IMG/VR virus record: IMGVR_UViG_3300046170_000173
Origin: a virus
DNA: 64,000 nucleotides
Direction: 5' to 3' (one strand)
In this document: one piece after another, positions 48,463 through 58,821 of the stretch
Layout of the letters: each line of letters starts with the position of its first letter
How positions within the stretch are numbered: position 1 is the stretch's first letter
The notes under the pieces: generated by a model
The model's input: only the letters and a program-made list of their open reading frames with translations
Told to the model about the DNA's origin: nothing
The model's database searches: none
Program-made: the position numbers and the translations under genes

Positions 48463-48735
48463 ATGACTACTAACTATATTGCAATGCGTTCTAACCCAGA
48501 CCTAGTTGAATTCCGTAACTATGTGTTGTCCTTTTATGCCTATGACGGTTTGTACCCTGTAGAGGGTTTGTCAGTGTCTATCGTTGAACGTGCAATCATG
48601 AAGTATCTCGAAATCTGTTCTAGTACTACGCGGCACGAGACTTGGGGTCATGGTGACTCTCTTGATCGTGAACGTGTTCGTGACATTATCATCGATACGT
48701 CTTCTCAAAAATTGAAAGTAAAGGAGTCAGTGTAA
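48463..48735 (+). CDS. early hypothetical protein
   Basis: F..YVLSFY..DGLYP...GDSLDRERVRD. Confidence 0.75.
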   Translation: MTTNYIAMRSNPDLVEFRNYVLSFYAYDGLYPVEGLSVSIVERAIMKYLEICSSTTRHETWGHGDSLDRERVRDIIIDTSSQKLKVKESV

Positions 48736-49037
48736 TGAGTTTCAATACTAACCCTGCGAATGCAGTTACTTACATCACCGATCCTTCAGCGTCATTCCTG
48801 AAGGTTCCCGTTCGTGTCATCAACAACCTGAATGTTCCGGTTCATAAGATATCGGAGAACTCTTTCTTCAACGATGACTTCTTCTGGTTAGAAATAGAAA
48901 ATGATTCTATGGTGTATTATGATGCCCTTGATGCGAAGTGTTTGATGGACCCCATCACATACACTCAGACTCTTACTGAGTTGGCACACTTTCGACTCTA
49001 CCCTAGATTCTCACCTAAGTCGGAGTTTGCGGCATGA
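48735..49037 (+). CDS. early hypothetical protein
   Basis: TAATG coupling, SD. Confidence 0.7.
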   Translation: MSFNTNPANAVTYITDPSASFLKVPVRVINNLNVPVHKISENSFFNDDFFWLEIENDSMVYYDALDAKCLMDPITYTQTLTELAHFRLYPRFSPKSEFAA

Positions 49038-49234
49038 GACCTGAAATGGAATTGTTGGAGAGTATGCTCCAGAATCACGATTGGACCTATCACTTCAGTG
49101 ATGACCATCGTGCATACATTAAGGGGAGAGATGAGTCTCAAAAGATTCGTGTTATGATGGGTCGTCTCAAGAAGATGGGACTCGAAGATGAGTCGGTAAA
49201 ACTCTACCACAAATACCGCCCAGATTATTTGTAA
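49034..49234 (+). CDS. early hypothetical protein
   Basis: HDWTYHFSDDHR motif. Confidence 0.75.
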   Translation: MRPEMELLESMLQNHDWTYHFSDDHRAYIKGRDESQKIRVMMGRLKKMGLEDESVKLYHKYRPDYL

Positions 49235-49311
49235 TTTATTTTAAAAACGCCTTGACAAGTAATCAAAACATATGATACAATAGCTACTCAATTGAATAAG
49301 GAATCTATATT

Positions 49312-50274
49312 ATGTCTTTTATGAACAATGTATTGCAAATCGAAACGTCTGCCGCAGTAGGTGGATGTCCTTGGGGTATCGGAACTGAGGTGTCTAGTGA
49401 CATGACTCCGATACAAATGATGGAAAAAGCTGGTGTAAACTGGGAAGTTGAGAAGGTTCCTACGTATGCAGCGAAAGAGGGTGTCGATCTGATCCCTACA
49501 GGCATGGAAGCACTCGTGCGTTCATCTGACAATAAAGTATTGACCCAAGTTGGTGGTAACTGGGAACCTTGTCAGAACGAAGAAGCGTTCACCTTCTTTA
49601 ACGAGTACTGTGCCGCTGGTGACATGGAGATGAACTCTGCGGGTTCACTCAAAGAAGGTAAGTTCGTCTACGCACTCGCGAAGATCAAGGAGTCGTTTGA
49701 CGTGTTGAAGGGCGATCAAGTTGATTCATACCTTCTGTTCTCTAACCCACACGAGTACGGTAAGTCTATTGACATCCGATTCACACCGATCCGTGTGACT
49801 TGTATGAACACGCTGACACTTGCACTCAAGGGTTCTGCGAACAACGGAATCAAAGTGAACCATCGACGTGCGTTTGACCCACAGATGGTCAAGCAACACT
49901 TGGGTCTCGCACACGAGAAGTTTGACCAGTACAAAGAGATGGCACAGTTCCTGTCTTCGCGTCAGTTCTCTTCTGAGACACTGATCAACTACTACAACAC
50001 TTTGTTCCCATCACAGGCACCTGCCGATGAAGTGCGTGAGTACAAAGATCTCGCACCTAACGCGAAGAAGGCATTTGAGTTGCTGGAGACACAGCCAGGT
50101 GCTGAGTTCGGTCGTGGTTCATGGTGGCAGGCGTTCAACTCTGTGACCTACTTAACTGACCACGTTGCTGGTCGTACCGCTGACGGTCGTATGACTTCTG
50201 CATGGTATGGTGCAAACGGTGTCAAGAAGAAAAAGGCCGCTGAACTCGCAGTAGAAATGGCGGTGGCAGCATGA
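49312..50274 (+). CDS. DUF932 family protein
   Basis: PW.G.G, QNEEAF, AGSL, TPIRVTCMNTL, WQAFNSVT. Confidence 0.85.
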   Translation: MSFMNNVLQIETSAAVGGCPWGIGTEVSSDMTPIQMMEKAGVNWEVEKVPTYAAKEGVDLIPTGMEALVRSSDNKVLTQVGGNWEPCQNEEAFTFFNEYCAAGDMEMNSAGSLKEGKFVYALAKIKESFDVLKGDQVDSYLLFSNPHEYGKSIDIRFTPIRVTCMNTLTLALKGSANNGIKVNHRRAFDPQMVKQHLGLAHEKFDQYKEMAQFLSSRQFSSETLINYYNTLFPSQAPADEVREYKDLAPNAKKAFELLETQPGAEFGRGSWWQAFNSVTYLTDHVAGRTADGRMTSAWYGANGVKKKKAAELAVEMAVAA

Positions 50275-50471
50275 GTTATAACAAACTGATAGAGACCACT
50301 GAGTGGGATGGACGTGCGAGTAACTACATTTACTACACGTCCGAACGCAACACGCACCTTCACGGTTACCAAACCAAAGAGGGTGCGCCCTTCATCCCGT
50401 TTGTGACACGACTGTTTAGTACTAAGGGACGCTCATTTGTTAAAACAAAAGTAGACAAACTGCCCGACTAG
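50271..50471 (+). CDS. hypothetical protein
   Basis: ETTEW...NYIY...FSTKGRSF. Confidence 0.7.
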   Translation: MSYNKLIETTEWDGRASNYIYYTSERNTHLHGYQTKEGAPFIPFVTRLFSTKGRSFVKTKVDKLPD

Positions 50472-50484
50472 AGACCTCTCCGTC

Positions 50485-50492
50485 TATAAATA
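50485..50492 (+). promoter_or_regulatory. T4-type late promoter
   Basis: Intergenic TATAAATA. Confidence 0.75.
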
Positions 50493-50517
50493 ATTATAGA
50501 CTAGAGGAGAGAGTCGA

Positions 50518-50787
50518 ATGCGCACTTTATATACAGCGGCACTTAGTGCCTTGTTGTGCTCTTTGGTCTGGATTGTCGGCACAACAAAGTTACTTGATGA
50601 ATATATAAAGGTGATAGATCAGAAGAACAATCAAATCTCTCAACTAGAGAGAAAGATTGGTCAAGATCGTAATACAATTATTAGGTATGATATCGGACTA
50701 AGGCAATTCTTGTTTGCTTGTACTACGAAACAGGAAATACTCATTGAGAGGAAGCGATACGTCTGTTATCCAATTGAGAAGGCATAA
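50518..50787 (+). CDS. membrane-anchored coiled-coil protein
   Basis: N-terminal TM helix, SD GAGGAG. Confidence 0.65.
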   Translation: MRTLYTAALSALLCSLVWIVGTTKLLDEYIKVIDQKNNQISQLERKIGQDRNTIIRYDIGLRQFLFACTTKQEILIERKRYVCYPIEKA

Positions 50788-50788
50788 C

Positions 50789-51226
50789 ATGATTAATCAG
50801 TCATATAATAGAGAAGTTTTCGAAATTTTCGAAGAATTCAAAAAGGCGGACGGTCGAGATAATCGACTTAATGTCTTAAATAGGTACTCAGAAAACTGGG
50901 CGTTACGCGATATTCTTCGCGGTTCGTTTGACGAATCTTTGGTGTTTAATCTCCCCAAAGGACGCCCACCTTTCACTCCGAACCAACCCCAATCGGTTCC
51001 ATCTACCCTTAACAAATTACATAAAAACTTTGGATGGTTTATCCAAGGTGGTGCAGGCGATCGCCTGAATGATTTTAAAAGGGAGAACAAGTTCATTGAA
51101 CTACTCGAATCCATCCATCCGGAGGATGCAGAGTTGGTCTTGAAGATGGTTGCCAAGAAGGCACCATGTCGTTATATAACCAAAAAACTAGTACAGGAGG
51201 CATTTCCAGACTTGATCGTCGAGTGA
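50789..51226 (+). CDS. conserved T4-like hypothetical protein
   Basis: LPKGRPPF...KRENKFIELLESIHPEDAEL. Confidence 0.8.
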   Translation: MINQSYNREVFEIFEEFKKADGRDNRLNVLNRYSENWALRDILRGSFDESLVFNLPKGRPPFTPNQPQSVPSTLNKLHKNFGWFIQGGAGDRLNDFKRENKFIELLESIHPEDAELVLKMVAKKAPCRYITKKLVQEAFPDLIVE

Positions 51227-51275
51227 TAACACTCAAACAATTCGACACATTACACTAACATTAAGGAGAAACACC

Positions 51276-51386
51276 ATGTCGAGACAAAAGTTGAACCAAC
51301 GCAATCGAGGAAAGTATACGAGTAATCGAACGAGAGTGAATAATTATTCAAACTCTGTCCGTTCCGCTTTTCAACAATTTCGATAG
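51276..51386 (+). CDS. basic micropeptide, 36 aa
   Basis: TAAGGAG SD after an A/C-rich leader; MSRQKLNQRNRGKY. Confidence 0.6.
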   Translation: MSRQKLNQRNRGKYTSNRTRVNNYSNSVRSAFQQFR

Positions 51387-51463
51387 GAGGTGACTATCTC
51401 TTCAGGTGCGACCGTGAGACTCCTGTCGTAGTGACGTGATCAAATCTTGGTAATGGAAATATA

Positions 51464-51706
51464 ATGCCACAGTATGAGTTTAAAAACAAGGATACCGGAG
51501 AAGTCATTGACGTGATTCTCCGGATATCCGAATACGATCAGTGGAAGGCTGATCATCCGGAATACGAACGATATCATAGTGCGTCTTCCGCCCCTAAAGT
51601 AGTATCGGGAACTAGAGATGCCCACTCAATTGCGGGTAAGGACTGGTCCGATAAACTAAAAGAAATAAAAGCAACGTCCGGTAAGGACAATACAATTAAC
51701 GTATAG
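51464..51706 (+). CDS. FmdB-like small protein
   Basis: MPQYEFKNKDTGEV. Confidence 0.7.
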   Translation: MPQYEFKNKDTGEVIDVILRISEYDQWKADHPEYERYHSASSAPKVVSGTRDAHSIAGKDWSDKLKEIKATSGKDNTINV

Positions 51707-51714
51707 GGAAGATC

Positions 51715-51906
51715 ATGCTCTTTTCAAAGTGGTTTCAACATGCGAAGGTGAATAAGGTAGATAATGATCCAGATCCACAAGATATTTCGGTTGATAACGC
51801 ATACAAAACGCGTTGGATCTGGTACCACACAATCCTAGCACTGGAACTGTTGATGACCAACGTTCTTCTCGCGGGTATTCTTACCGCGTTAGTGGTTAAA
51901 CTATAG
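51715..51906 (+). CDS. small membrane protein
   Basis: C-terminal TM helix. Confidence 0.65.
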   Translation: MLFSKWFQHAKVNKVDNDPDPQDISVDNAYKTRWIWYHTILALELLMTNVLLAGILTALVVKL

Positions 51907-51914
51907 GAGAGACC

Positions 51915-52430
51915 ATGCGTTCGCTGTGGGCGAAGTTTGTAGATAAGATAGTGCCCATCGGTAAATCAGACGCAGTCGTTTTTGAAATGAATAGACAGGC
52001 AGTATTTGAACAGTTAAAAATCGATGAAGGAGTTGTTTATGAGATTTACCTCGACCATCTCAACTATCCCACGTTCGGTGTTGGGCATCTCATCACGAAA
52101 AGTGACGGCGAGTACGGCGCTCCAGTCGGAACGAAAGTTTCCCCAGAAAGGGTTGCACAGGTCTTCGAATCAGATCTCGACATCGCCTTGCGAGAGTGTG
52201 GTGTGTTATACGGACACATGTGGTCTTGTTTTCCAGGCGAGGTCAAAGAGATCTTGGTCAACATGATGTTTAACCTTGGTAGACCAAGACTAAGTAAGTT
52301 TAAGAAAATGAACGGTCACCTAGAACGTGGTGACTATAAGAATGCGGCAGTTGAAGGTCGCGATTCGAGATGGTACCGTCAAGTAGGCAACCGTGCCGAA
52401 CGACTTATGACAAGGTTAGAGAATGTCTAA
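51915..52430 (+). CDS. T4-type lysozyme (GH24)
   Basis: DEG...YLD..YPTFGVGHLI, NMMFNLG, SRWYRQVGNRA. Confidence 0.92.
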   Translation: MRSLWAKFVDKIVPIGKSDAVVFEMNRQAVFEQLKIDEGVVYEIYLDHLNYPTFGVGHLITKSDGEYGAPVGTKVSPERVAQVFESDLDIALRECGVLYGHMWSCFPGEVKEILVNMMFNLGRPRLSKFKKMNGHLERGDYKNAAVEGRDSRWYRQVGNRAERLMTRLENV

Positions 52431-53289
52431 AAATGTAATCTTTCAGTATATGATCACGTCTAAGGAAGTCGACAAGCGTGGTGGTATCAAAGGGTGGGAC
52501 GGTTCTCGTTCCTCTCTCTATGAAGAGGTCGCGAAGATCTCACGCGAGTCGTTTGAAAAGTATGCAGAACGAATCGACGCAACACACATTTACTCCAACA
52601 AACGCGTAGCGACCGAAGGTCACGGATGTTCGACATCCTTACTGCACGAGTGCGCACGTGTCTGGTTAGACCCTATTTTTGACCAATACGACAACCTGTT
52701 GTTTGCAGATACAGACATCGTGGTCAACACTGACGAAAATATCTTTGATCTCATGGAGTCCGGTGCGGATGTCTATGGTGTCTTAGAATCAGATTTCGTT
52801 ACTGCCTCCGGCGGTGGTTACAATTCATGGGATGGGCCTGGCGACACCTACGACAACTTCTGTCGTAAGTTCTCCCTACACGACTGCCCAATCGTCCCAG
52901 TGATGCCGCCCAATCGTCCCTCTAAGATAACCATCATGAACACGGGTGTGGTCCTATGGACCAAAGAAGCGCGTCTACGTGCACGTGAACTGTTCCTACC
53001 TTGGGAAGAGTGGTGTTACTCTGGCGACTTCCACATGTCCATCATGAATGATCAACCCTACATCTCCGCGCAGTTGATGAAACACGATTTCGATATCGAA
53101 ACCATCGACCAGACGTGGAATGACTCCCCCCACTATGCATCGGAAGAAGAGTTCTTCCAAAAGGCACGTTTCTGTCACTACACTGGTGGTGAATGGAAAG
53201 TAGACATGGTACGCCACTGGAACGATCGTAGATACAATACGCAACGGGAAGGCGACGAAACCAAATTCACTAGAGCATTATTCCCATAG
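52423..53289 (+). CDS. GT8-like glycosyltransferase
   Basis: DTD, NTGVV, NDQ, WN, HYTG. Confidence 0.75.
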   Translation: MSKNVIFQYMITSKEVDKRGGIKGWDGSRSSLYEEVAKISRESFEKYAERIDATHIYSNKRVATEGHGCSTSLLHECARVWLDPIFDQYDNLLFADTDIVVNTDENIFDLMESGADVYGVLESDFVTASGGGYNSWDGPGDTYDNFCRKFSLHDCPIVPVMPPNRPSKITIMNTGVVLWTKEARLRARELFLPWEEWCYSGDFHMSIMNDQPYISAQLMKHDFDIETIDQTWNDSPHYASEEEFFQKARFCHYTGGEWKVDMVRHWNDRRYNTQREGDETKFTRALFP

Positions 53290-53393
53290 GAGTTTTTTGT
53301 GAATAATACCAGCATATTTTTAAAATGAGTGTTGACAAACACTCCTCTCTCATGTATAGTATAGACTTGGAAGTGAGAGAACGGAGATTAGAA

Positions 53394-53600
53394 ATGGAAA
53401 CACTTTATCGAGTTGAGAACGCCGAACTAGGTATTGCGTCTGAGATACGCAAAACCTTAGAAGGTTCTAAACGAACATATGCCCTGTATATGGTCGATAC
53501 CGATGCTGACGCGATTGTAATGACTCAGTTAGGTGATAACTATGATCGATTCATCGACAAGGCAGATGAGTTTGCACATGTGAATGCATGGGCAAACTAA
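53394..53600 (+). CDS. early hypothetical protein
   Basis: TTGACA promoter, SD GGAG. Confidence 0.7.
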   Translation: METLYRVENAELGIASEIRKTLEGSKRTYALYMVDTDADAIVMTQLGDNYDRFIDKADEFAHVNAWAN

Positions 53601-53786
53601 ATGTACGAAGCGGTAAACCATAAACATGGTCGTCGTGCGGTAGTCGATGAGGCACCAACCGACAAATATGAATATCGTCTAGTGATGTATCAAGACGGTC
53701 TATCAGTAGCTGTGAAATTCGGTGAAAATCGCCACGATTTAGAGTGGTACGCCGACAAATTTATACGAGAGGGCAAGGTGGTATGA
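53601..53786 (+). CDS. hypothetical protein
   Basis: Abuts previous gene. Confidence 0.65.
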   Translation: MYEAVNHKHGRRAVVDEAPTDKYEYRLVMYQDGLSVAVKFGENRHDLEWYADKFIREGKVV

Positions 53787-53956
53787 CCAGAGAAATCCAA
53801 GTTAAAATCGACGACATCGTCACTCACTATATGTACACAACAGAATATGCGCCTGATTGGGCAAATATGCAGGTCGCACTGTATGATGAGGGATTAAGTC
53901 CCAGTGAGGTTTATGTTATTATGCAAAATGTTAGAGAGGAGGGAGTCGCCCCGTGA
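53783..53956 (+). CDS. hypothetical protein
   Basis: ATGA overlap. Confidence 0.6.
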   Translation: MTREIQVKIDDIVTHYMYTTEYAPDWANMQVALYDEGLSPSEVYVIMQNVREEGVAP

Positions 53957-54525
53957 GGGATAAAGTAATACTTGTTGATTGTGATGGTGTTTTGTTAGAC
54001 TGGGGATATGCATTCCAACAGTGGATGAAACGACACGGTTATGTGGTAAAGAGTCCAGACGTGTATGACGTAGGTATCATGTATGGTTTGGAACGAAATG
54101 AGAAGCAACGACTTTGTCGTATGTTCAACGAGAGTGCAACAGTTAGAAAGATCCCACCACTCCGTGACGCAATCAAGTATGTTCGTAAGTTGCACGAAGA
54201 TCACGGTTATATATTTCACGCAATCACCTCTTTGAGTAACGACGAATACGCGCAGCACTTGCGCACCAAAAATCTCCAAGAACTCTTTGGTCCAACCGTC
54301 TTTGAGAAGTATGTTTATCTCGACACGGGAGCCGACAAAGACGAAAAGTTGGAGTTCTACCGCGACACAGGATGTCTGTGGGTAGAGGACAAGGTAGAGA
54401 ATGCCGTCGCTGGTGCGAAGGTAGGTCTAGAGTCTGTAGTGATGTCACACGGTTACAATCAGGACAGTGAGTTCCCATTGATGCGTAATTGGAAAGATAT
54501 ATATGACTACGTTTTAGGACATTAA
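53953..54525 (+). CDS. HAD-family phosphatase / deoxyribonucleotidase-like (T4 gp30.2-like)
   Basis: DCDGVLLDW, ITS, K, WVEDK. Confidence 0.85.
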   Translation: MRDKVILVDCDGVLLDWGYAFQQWMKRHGYVVKSPDVYDVGIMYGLERNEKQRLCRMFNESATVRKIPPLRDAIKYVRKLHEDHGYIFHAITSLSNDEYAQHLRTKNLQELFGPTVFEKYVYLDTGADKDEKLEFYRDTGCLWVEDKVENAVAGAKVGLESVVMSHGYNQDSEFPLMRNWKDIYDYVLGH

Positions 54526-54548
54526 GTTCCCGCTCAAGGTAGCATGTC

Positions 54549-54576
54549 GGGGGGTCTTTCGACCCCCCTTTTTTTT
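54549..54576 (+). terminator. intrinsic terminator
   Basis: GGGGGGTC-TTTC-GACCCCCC + T8. Confidence 0.9.
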
Positions 54577-54583
54577 ATAAATA
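54576..54583 (+). promoter_or_regulatory. T4-type late promoter
   Basis: TATAAATA overlapping terminator tail. Confidence 0.75.
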
Positions 54584-54611
54584 ATTAAGTTATTAACTAC
54601 GGAATATACTC

Positions 54612-56130
54612 ATGAGATTTGTTGGTTACAGTGAATATTATCATGATGCTGGATTCGCGATCATCAATGAAGATGGTACCGTCGAGTTCGCAACTCACGG
54701 AGAACGTTACTCCAAAAAGAAAAACGATCCCCACCTACCAGAAGTCCTCTGGGACATGGTCAGAGACGACGATCACCTATCATTCTACGAGGACCAAACC
54801 CTCAAGTTTGATATGCGTGGAGGAATCGACACCACAGGAACCACTGCACATCTGAAGAACCGTCCAGAGATGGCCGAAGAAACCTTCAATCGCATGATCA
54901 TCCCGAACGCGCAACACTTTGATGTAAACCATATGCACCACGAGTCACACTGTGCGGCAGCGTTCTACACGCGCCCTTGGGACTCCGCAGAGGATACCGT
55001 TTTGGTATCGATCGATGGTGTCGGTGAGTTACAGACCGCGACCATCATGGACCACAAGTTCAATCTAATCAAAGAGTGGCACTATCCGAAGTCGGTCGGT
55101 CTGGTCTACACAGTCGCGACCAAGATACTAGGTCTACGCCCACTCGAAGACGAATACGTCGTCATGGGACTGTCCGCATACCACGAAACCGATGAAACGT
55201 CCAACGAACTGACGCAGTGGTTGATCAACTGGTATGATGACCTAGAGGACATCGCACCAGAGATCGCAGAGGGTATTGCAGTTGGTATCGAAACATCACC
55301 TCGCGAGATCGCACGTAAGAAGTGGAGAGACGAATTCAAAATAAGGATCAGTGCGTTAGAAGACAAAGTTGTCGCACGTGCGGTTCAAGACTTTCGCGGA
55401 CTATGCAATCATGGGTATAATGCGCGAAGCGTCTAAATACGGTAAGAAGTTGTGTTACTCTGGGGGGTGCGCACAGAACGTCGTAATCAACTCGCGTCTG
55501 TTTGAGTTGTTCGACGAAGTGCACATTGCAGTATCACCAACGGACGCTGGTTCAGGTCTAGGTACTGCCGCACGTTCATGGGCAAAAGCAACAGGTAAGG
55601 ATAAACTTATTTGGAGTCCATATGCGGGATATGATATTACCAATCCTATTGATCCCAGTTCTGTCGTTGACCATCTGCTTGAACATAAGTATTGTGGTAT
55701 TGCTAATGGAAGGGCTGAGTTTGGGCCTCGAGCTCTTGGCAACCGATCTCTTATCGCTGATGTAAGATTCGACGTACAGGACACGGTCAATACGATCAAA
55801 CGTCGTCAGAAGTATCGTCCATTTGCTCCTGCAATTCTAGAGGAATATGCAGAGGAGTATTTTGATGGTCCGATGAACGAACACATGCAGTTTACTTCGT
55901 GGGCGAAGCATGACTATGCACCCGTCACACACGTGGACGGTACTGCACGAGTACAGATTGTGCGCAAGGATTGCGAATCGGTGTTCCGTAAGGTCATCGA
56001 GGAGTACTACGACAGGACAGGAGTACCAATGCTCCTGAACACCTCTCTCAACATTCGCGGTCGTCCTATGGTTAATGACGAACTGGACGCCGAGATGTGG
56101 GAACAGAAGTATGAGGTGAAGGTGTTCTAG
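54612..56130 (+). CDS. NodU/CmcH/TobZ-family carbamoyltransferase (one extra T at ~55393)
   Basis: HDA, HHESH, DGVGE, SGGCAQN, EFGPRALGNRS, RPFAP, LLNTSLN. Confidence 0.92.
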
Positions 56131-56152
56131 GCACCGAATCCCGACTTCGCTC

Positions 56153-56177
56153 GGGGTGCCTTCGGGCACCCCATTTT
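56153..56177 (+). terminator. intrinsic terminator
   Basis: GGGGTGCC-TTCG-GGCACCCC + ATTTT. Confidence 0.75.
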
Positions 56178-56197
56178 AATAAAAATAAAGGTTGAAT

Positions 56198-56359
56198 ATG
56201 GGACATCTAAAGGATATAGGTCTTAATTACTTCGAACACTTATACAGAGCATGGACGATTGCGTTTGTGTCGTTTGTGCATGGACTGTTACCATTCGTCT
56301 GGGAAGATAAGGCGAAGGAACTGATCAACGGCGACCCAAAAGATTTTAAGGTTAAGTGA
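56198..56359 (+). CDS. small conserved protein (DUF6356-like)
   Basis: HL.....YFEH...A...VHGLLP. Confidence 0.7.
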   Translation: MGHLKDIGLNYFEHLYRAWTIAFVSFVHGLLPFVWEDKAKELINGDPKDFKVK

Positions 56360-56628
56360 TGGAAGAAGAATTTATCTGCCCAGATGATCTGGTCTGTATG
56401 GACGTAGATACATGGAATGGAATAGTAGACGAATACAACGTCGCTATGGACATGACAGATGTTTCTAGAACAAGTGATGTGCAGGCAATCGTAGATCTTT
56501 CGTGGGAGTTGTTATTTCTTCATCCGTGGGAGTTGATCTACATCGGTCTGCCAATGAGTGTTCTTGCGTTCTATGGATTGTCCATATATGCCGCCTACAA
56601 ATGGATTAATAAAAGGTTCACCAAATGA
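56359..56628 (+). CDS. membrane protein
   Basis: C-terminal TM helix. Confidence 0.65.
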   Translation: MEEEFICPDDLVCMDVDTWNGIVDEYNVAMDMTDVSRTSDVQAIVDLSWELLFLHPWELIYIGLPMSVLAFYGLSIYAAYKWINKRFTK

Positions 56629-56961
56629 CAGAAGAAACAGTAGTAGTAGCACCTATCAAGAAAAAACTAGAACTGGAGGTCGAATTCGATACCACCCAGA
56701 AAGAAGTGGTACCGACTCGTTTTGAACCTCTACTACAGTTCGCGGATGTAATCGATGCGTATCGACTTTTCCCGCGAGCATTCATTGGGACGTACCTATT
56801 ACCTACTCATTGAAACCACACAATGGTTCATGACGATACCTGAACCAAATGCATCACAAGCAGGTCTTATATCTGTAGTGGTCGGAGCAGGAGCTGCTTG
56901 GTTTGGTCTATATACTTCAACAGGATCGGCACGTAAAGTGAAGAGTATTAAGACGAACTGA
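56625..56961 (+). CDS. two-helix membrane protein (one extra base at ~56799)
   Basis: RLFPRAF...WFM...QAGLISVVVGAGAAWFGLY across two frames. Confidence 0.7.
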
Positions 56962-57842
56962 TGGCCTCAGAATTAGTGACTTGGAGAGGAACGCCTGGTG
57001 TAGGTGATTTCATGTGGGCGTTGAACTCGTGTCACAGGTATGCCGCGGATCAAAACGTTTCCAAAATAAACTTAGAGTTTCACTGGGAACACGATGAAGA
57101 CCACCTTCATCATTTCGAAGACCCAGAAACCATTATTGAGCGATGTGATTATATTCACAACTTCTACCACCAAAAAGAACGCATAGAGATACACCATGTC
57201 TTTAACGCGCAAGGTAGATACAAACACTGGAAGTTTGCGGACGACATTGTTACCGATCCCAGTGGAGAGAAACGTATCGCTGCGAAAAGTCATGGTATGG
57301 AAAAGGCAAGATTTTGGTTCGAGAGCGGTTACTACAATGACATGACCGGATCTACTGCCCCCGACAACGACTGGATTTTTCGTGAGGACGCGTTTAGAAA
57401 CATTGTTGATAACCGTGTGGTCATATGGAGACCGACGTGGAACGCAGAGAAACCGCGCACGTGGAAGAGACAGTTCACCAACGAAGATTGGGAACATCTG
57501 ATCATCCACCTCAAGACAATGGGGTTCAACGTGTACGAGTTGGGATACCGCACACCCGTGCGTGAGGCAATGGAGTTGATCTCTACCTCGCGTTTGGTGA
57601 TATGTTACGACGGTATCTGGCACTACATCGCAAAGAATTTTGCACGTCCGACGGCCGTAATCTCTGGTGAGGGTGTGACTAAATACCATACACCGAATGC
57701 GTTAAGGATGAACCCAACGGTGTCGTATGAGAAAAAGAACCCTTGGTGGTGGTTGTCCAATATGGGAGATCTATTAGGACACACTAAAGATAAAGCAGTA
57801 GATTACGAAAATAGAATGAGACAATATTATGGAAATGACTAG
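56961..57842 (+). CDS. glycosyltransferase-like protein (GT-B-like)
   Basis: GVGD, WKR, YDGIWHYIA. Confidence 0.5.
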   Translation: MASELVTWRGTPGVGDFMWALNSCHRYAADQNVSKINLEFHWEHDEDHLHHFEDPETIIERCDYIHNFYHQKERIEIHHVFNAQGRYKHWKFADDIVTDPSGEKRIAAKSHGMEKARFWFESGYYNDMTGSTAPDNDWIFREDAFRNIVDNRVVIWRPTWNAEKPRTWKRQFTNEDWEHLIIHLKTMGFNVYELGYRTPVREAMELISTSRLVICYDGIWHYIAKNFARPTAVISGEGVTKYHTPNALRMNPTVSYEKKNPWWWLSNMGDLLGHTKDKAVDYENRMRQYYGND

Positions 57843-58821
57843 AGAAACCTTTACGATCGACCGTGCGGTCATCGAGGTCGCGGGCGGATGTAACTACTCG
57901 TGTTCGATGTGCCCACAAGATCTTCGTGAGGGAGGTCGTCATAGAGGATTCCGTCGCATCATGAAACTCGATGAGTTTGAGGGATACGTCGCAGACTGTG
58001 CGAAGCACGGAGTTCGTGTCGTGAACCTTGACGGATCTGGTGAAGCGACGATGGCAAAAAATCTACCTGAATACATCAAGGTAGTAAAGAAGTATGGAGC
58101 GAAGTGTTTCATCTTCTCGAACGGATTCAAAATGGAAGGTCAGTACATGCGCGACTGTGTCGATGCGGGACTGGACTTCTACCGATTTTCATTCATTGGG
58201 TCAGACGAACAAGACTACACCAAATGGATGTACAACGCTGTGGGTGGGCACTACGCGCATATTAAGCGCAACATTCAGGAAATGGTTTCCTATGTAAATG
58301 AGACAGGCGCAGATTGCGTAGTGTCCACCTATCACTTAATCACCGACAACGAAAAGATAGATGAGGAACTCACTAAATATAAAGCGTTAGTCGAGGAGTT
58401 GGGCGTCAAGACAGAGATCTGGAAGATGCACAACTGGTCAGGGGCATATGAGATTGGTGATAATGCAAGAGCAGGTAAGGTAAAAAGTTGTGGACGACCA
58501 TTTAGCCCAGATGTTGTTATACGTGCTGGAGGTCTTGACGGTAAACATGGTGCTGTACACCCTTGTTGTCAGGTACTGGGACGTGATGACGAAGCGGTCC
58601 TTGGACACTGTCAGGACGACACTATTGAAGACATCTTCTTCGGTGAGGCATACGAAGAGTTACGACAACAACACAGAACAGGCGAATACCCAGATTTCTG
58701 TAAGGACTGCGACTTCCTAGTCGACGATCCAGAGGTTCTGGTCTATACTAATCACGAACGTGATCTTATGAAGATGCACGGAACAAACTTTACACTTAAC
58801 GACTATAGGGATAATAAGTAA
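57829..58821 (+). CDS. radical SAM protein with SPASM/twitch domain
   Basis: CNYSCSMC, GSGE, C...PCC...LG...CKDC. Confidence 0.9.
   Translation: MEMTRETFTIDRAVIEVAGGCNYSCSMCPQDLREGGRHRGFRRIMKLDEFEGYVADCAKHGVRVVNLDGSGEATMAKNLPEYIKVVKKYGAKCFIFSNGFKMEGQYMRDCVDAGLDFYRFSFIGSDEQDYTKWMYNAVGGHYAHIKRNIQEMVSYVNETGADCVVSTYHLITDNEKIDEELTKYKALVEELGVKTEIWKMHNWSGAYEIGDNARAGKVKSCGRPFSPDVVIRAGGLDGKHGAVHPCCQVLGRDDEAVLGHCQDDTIEDIFFGEAYEELRQQHRTGEYPDFCKDCDFLVDDPEVLVYTNHERDLMKMHGTNFTLNDYRDNK

Noticed and set aside
15418-56800. Frameshifts in iscU (~15419), cupin (~20980), nrdB (~45762), apt (~46460, ~46727, ~46762), carbamoyltransferase (~55393) and the 56625 membrane gene (~56799) as programmed recoding or pseudogenes
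   Set aside because: All are single duplicated bases in short homopolymers, the coding sequence is otherwise intact, and no shared slippery motif is present. This is typical of uncorrected long-read error; check with read pileups.
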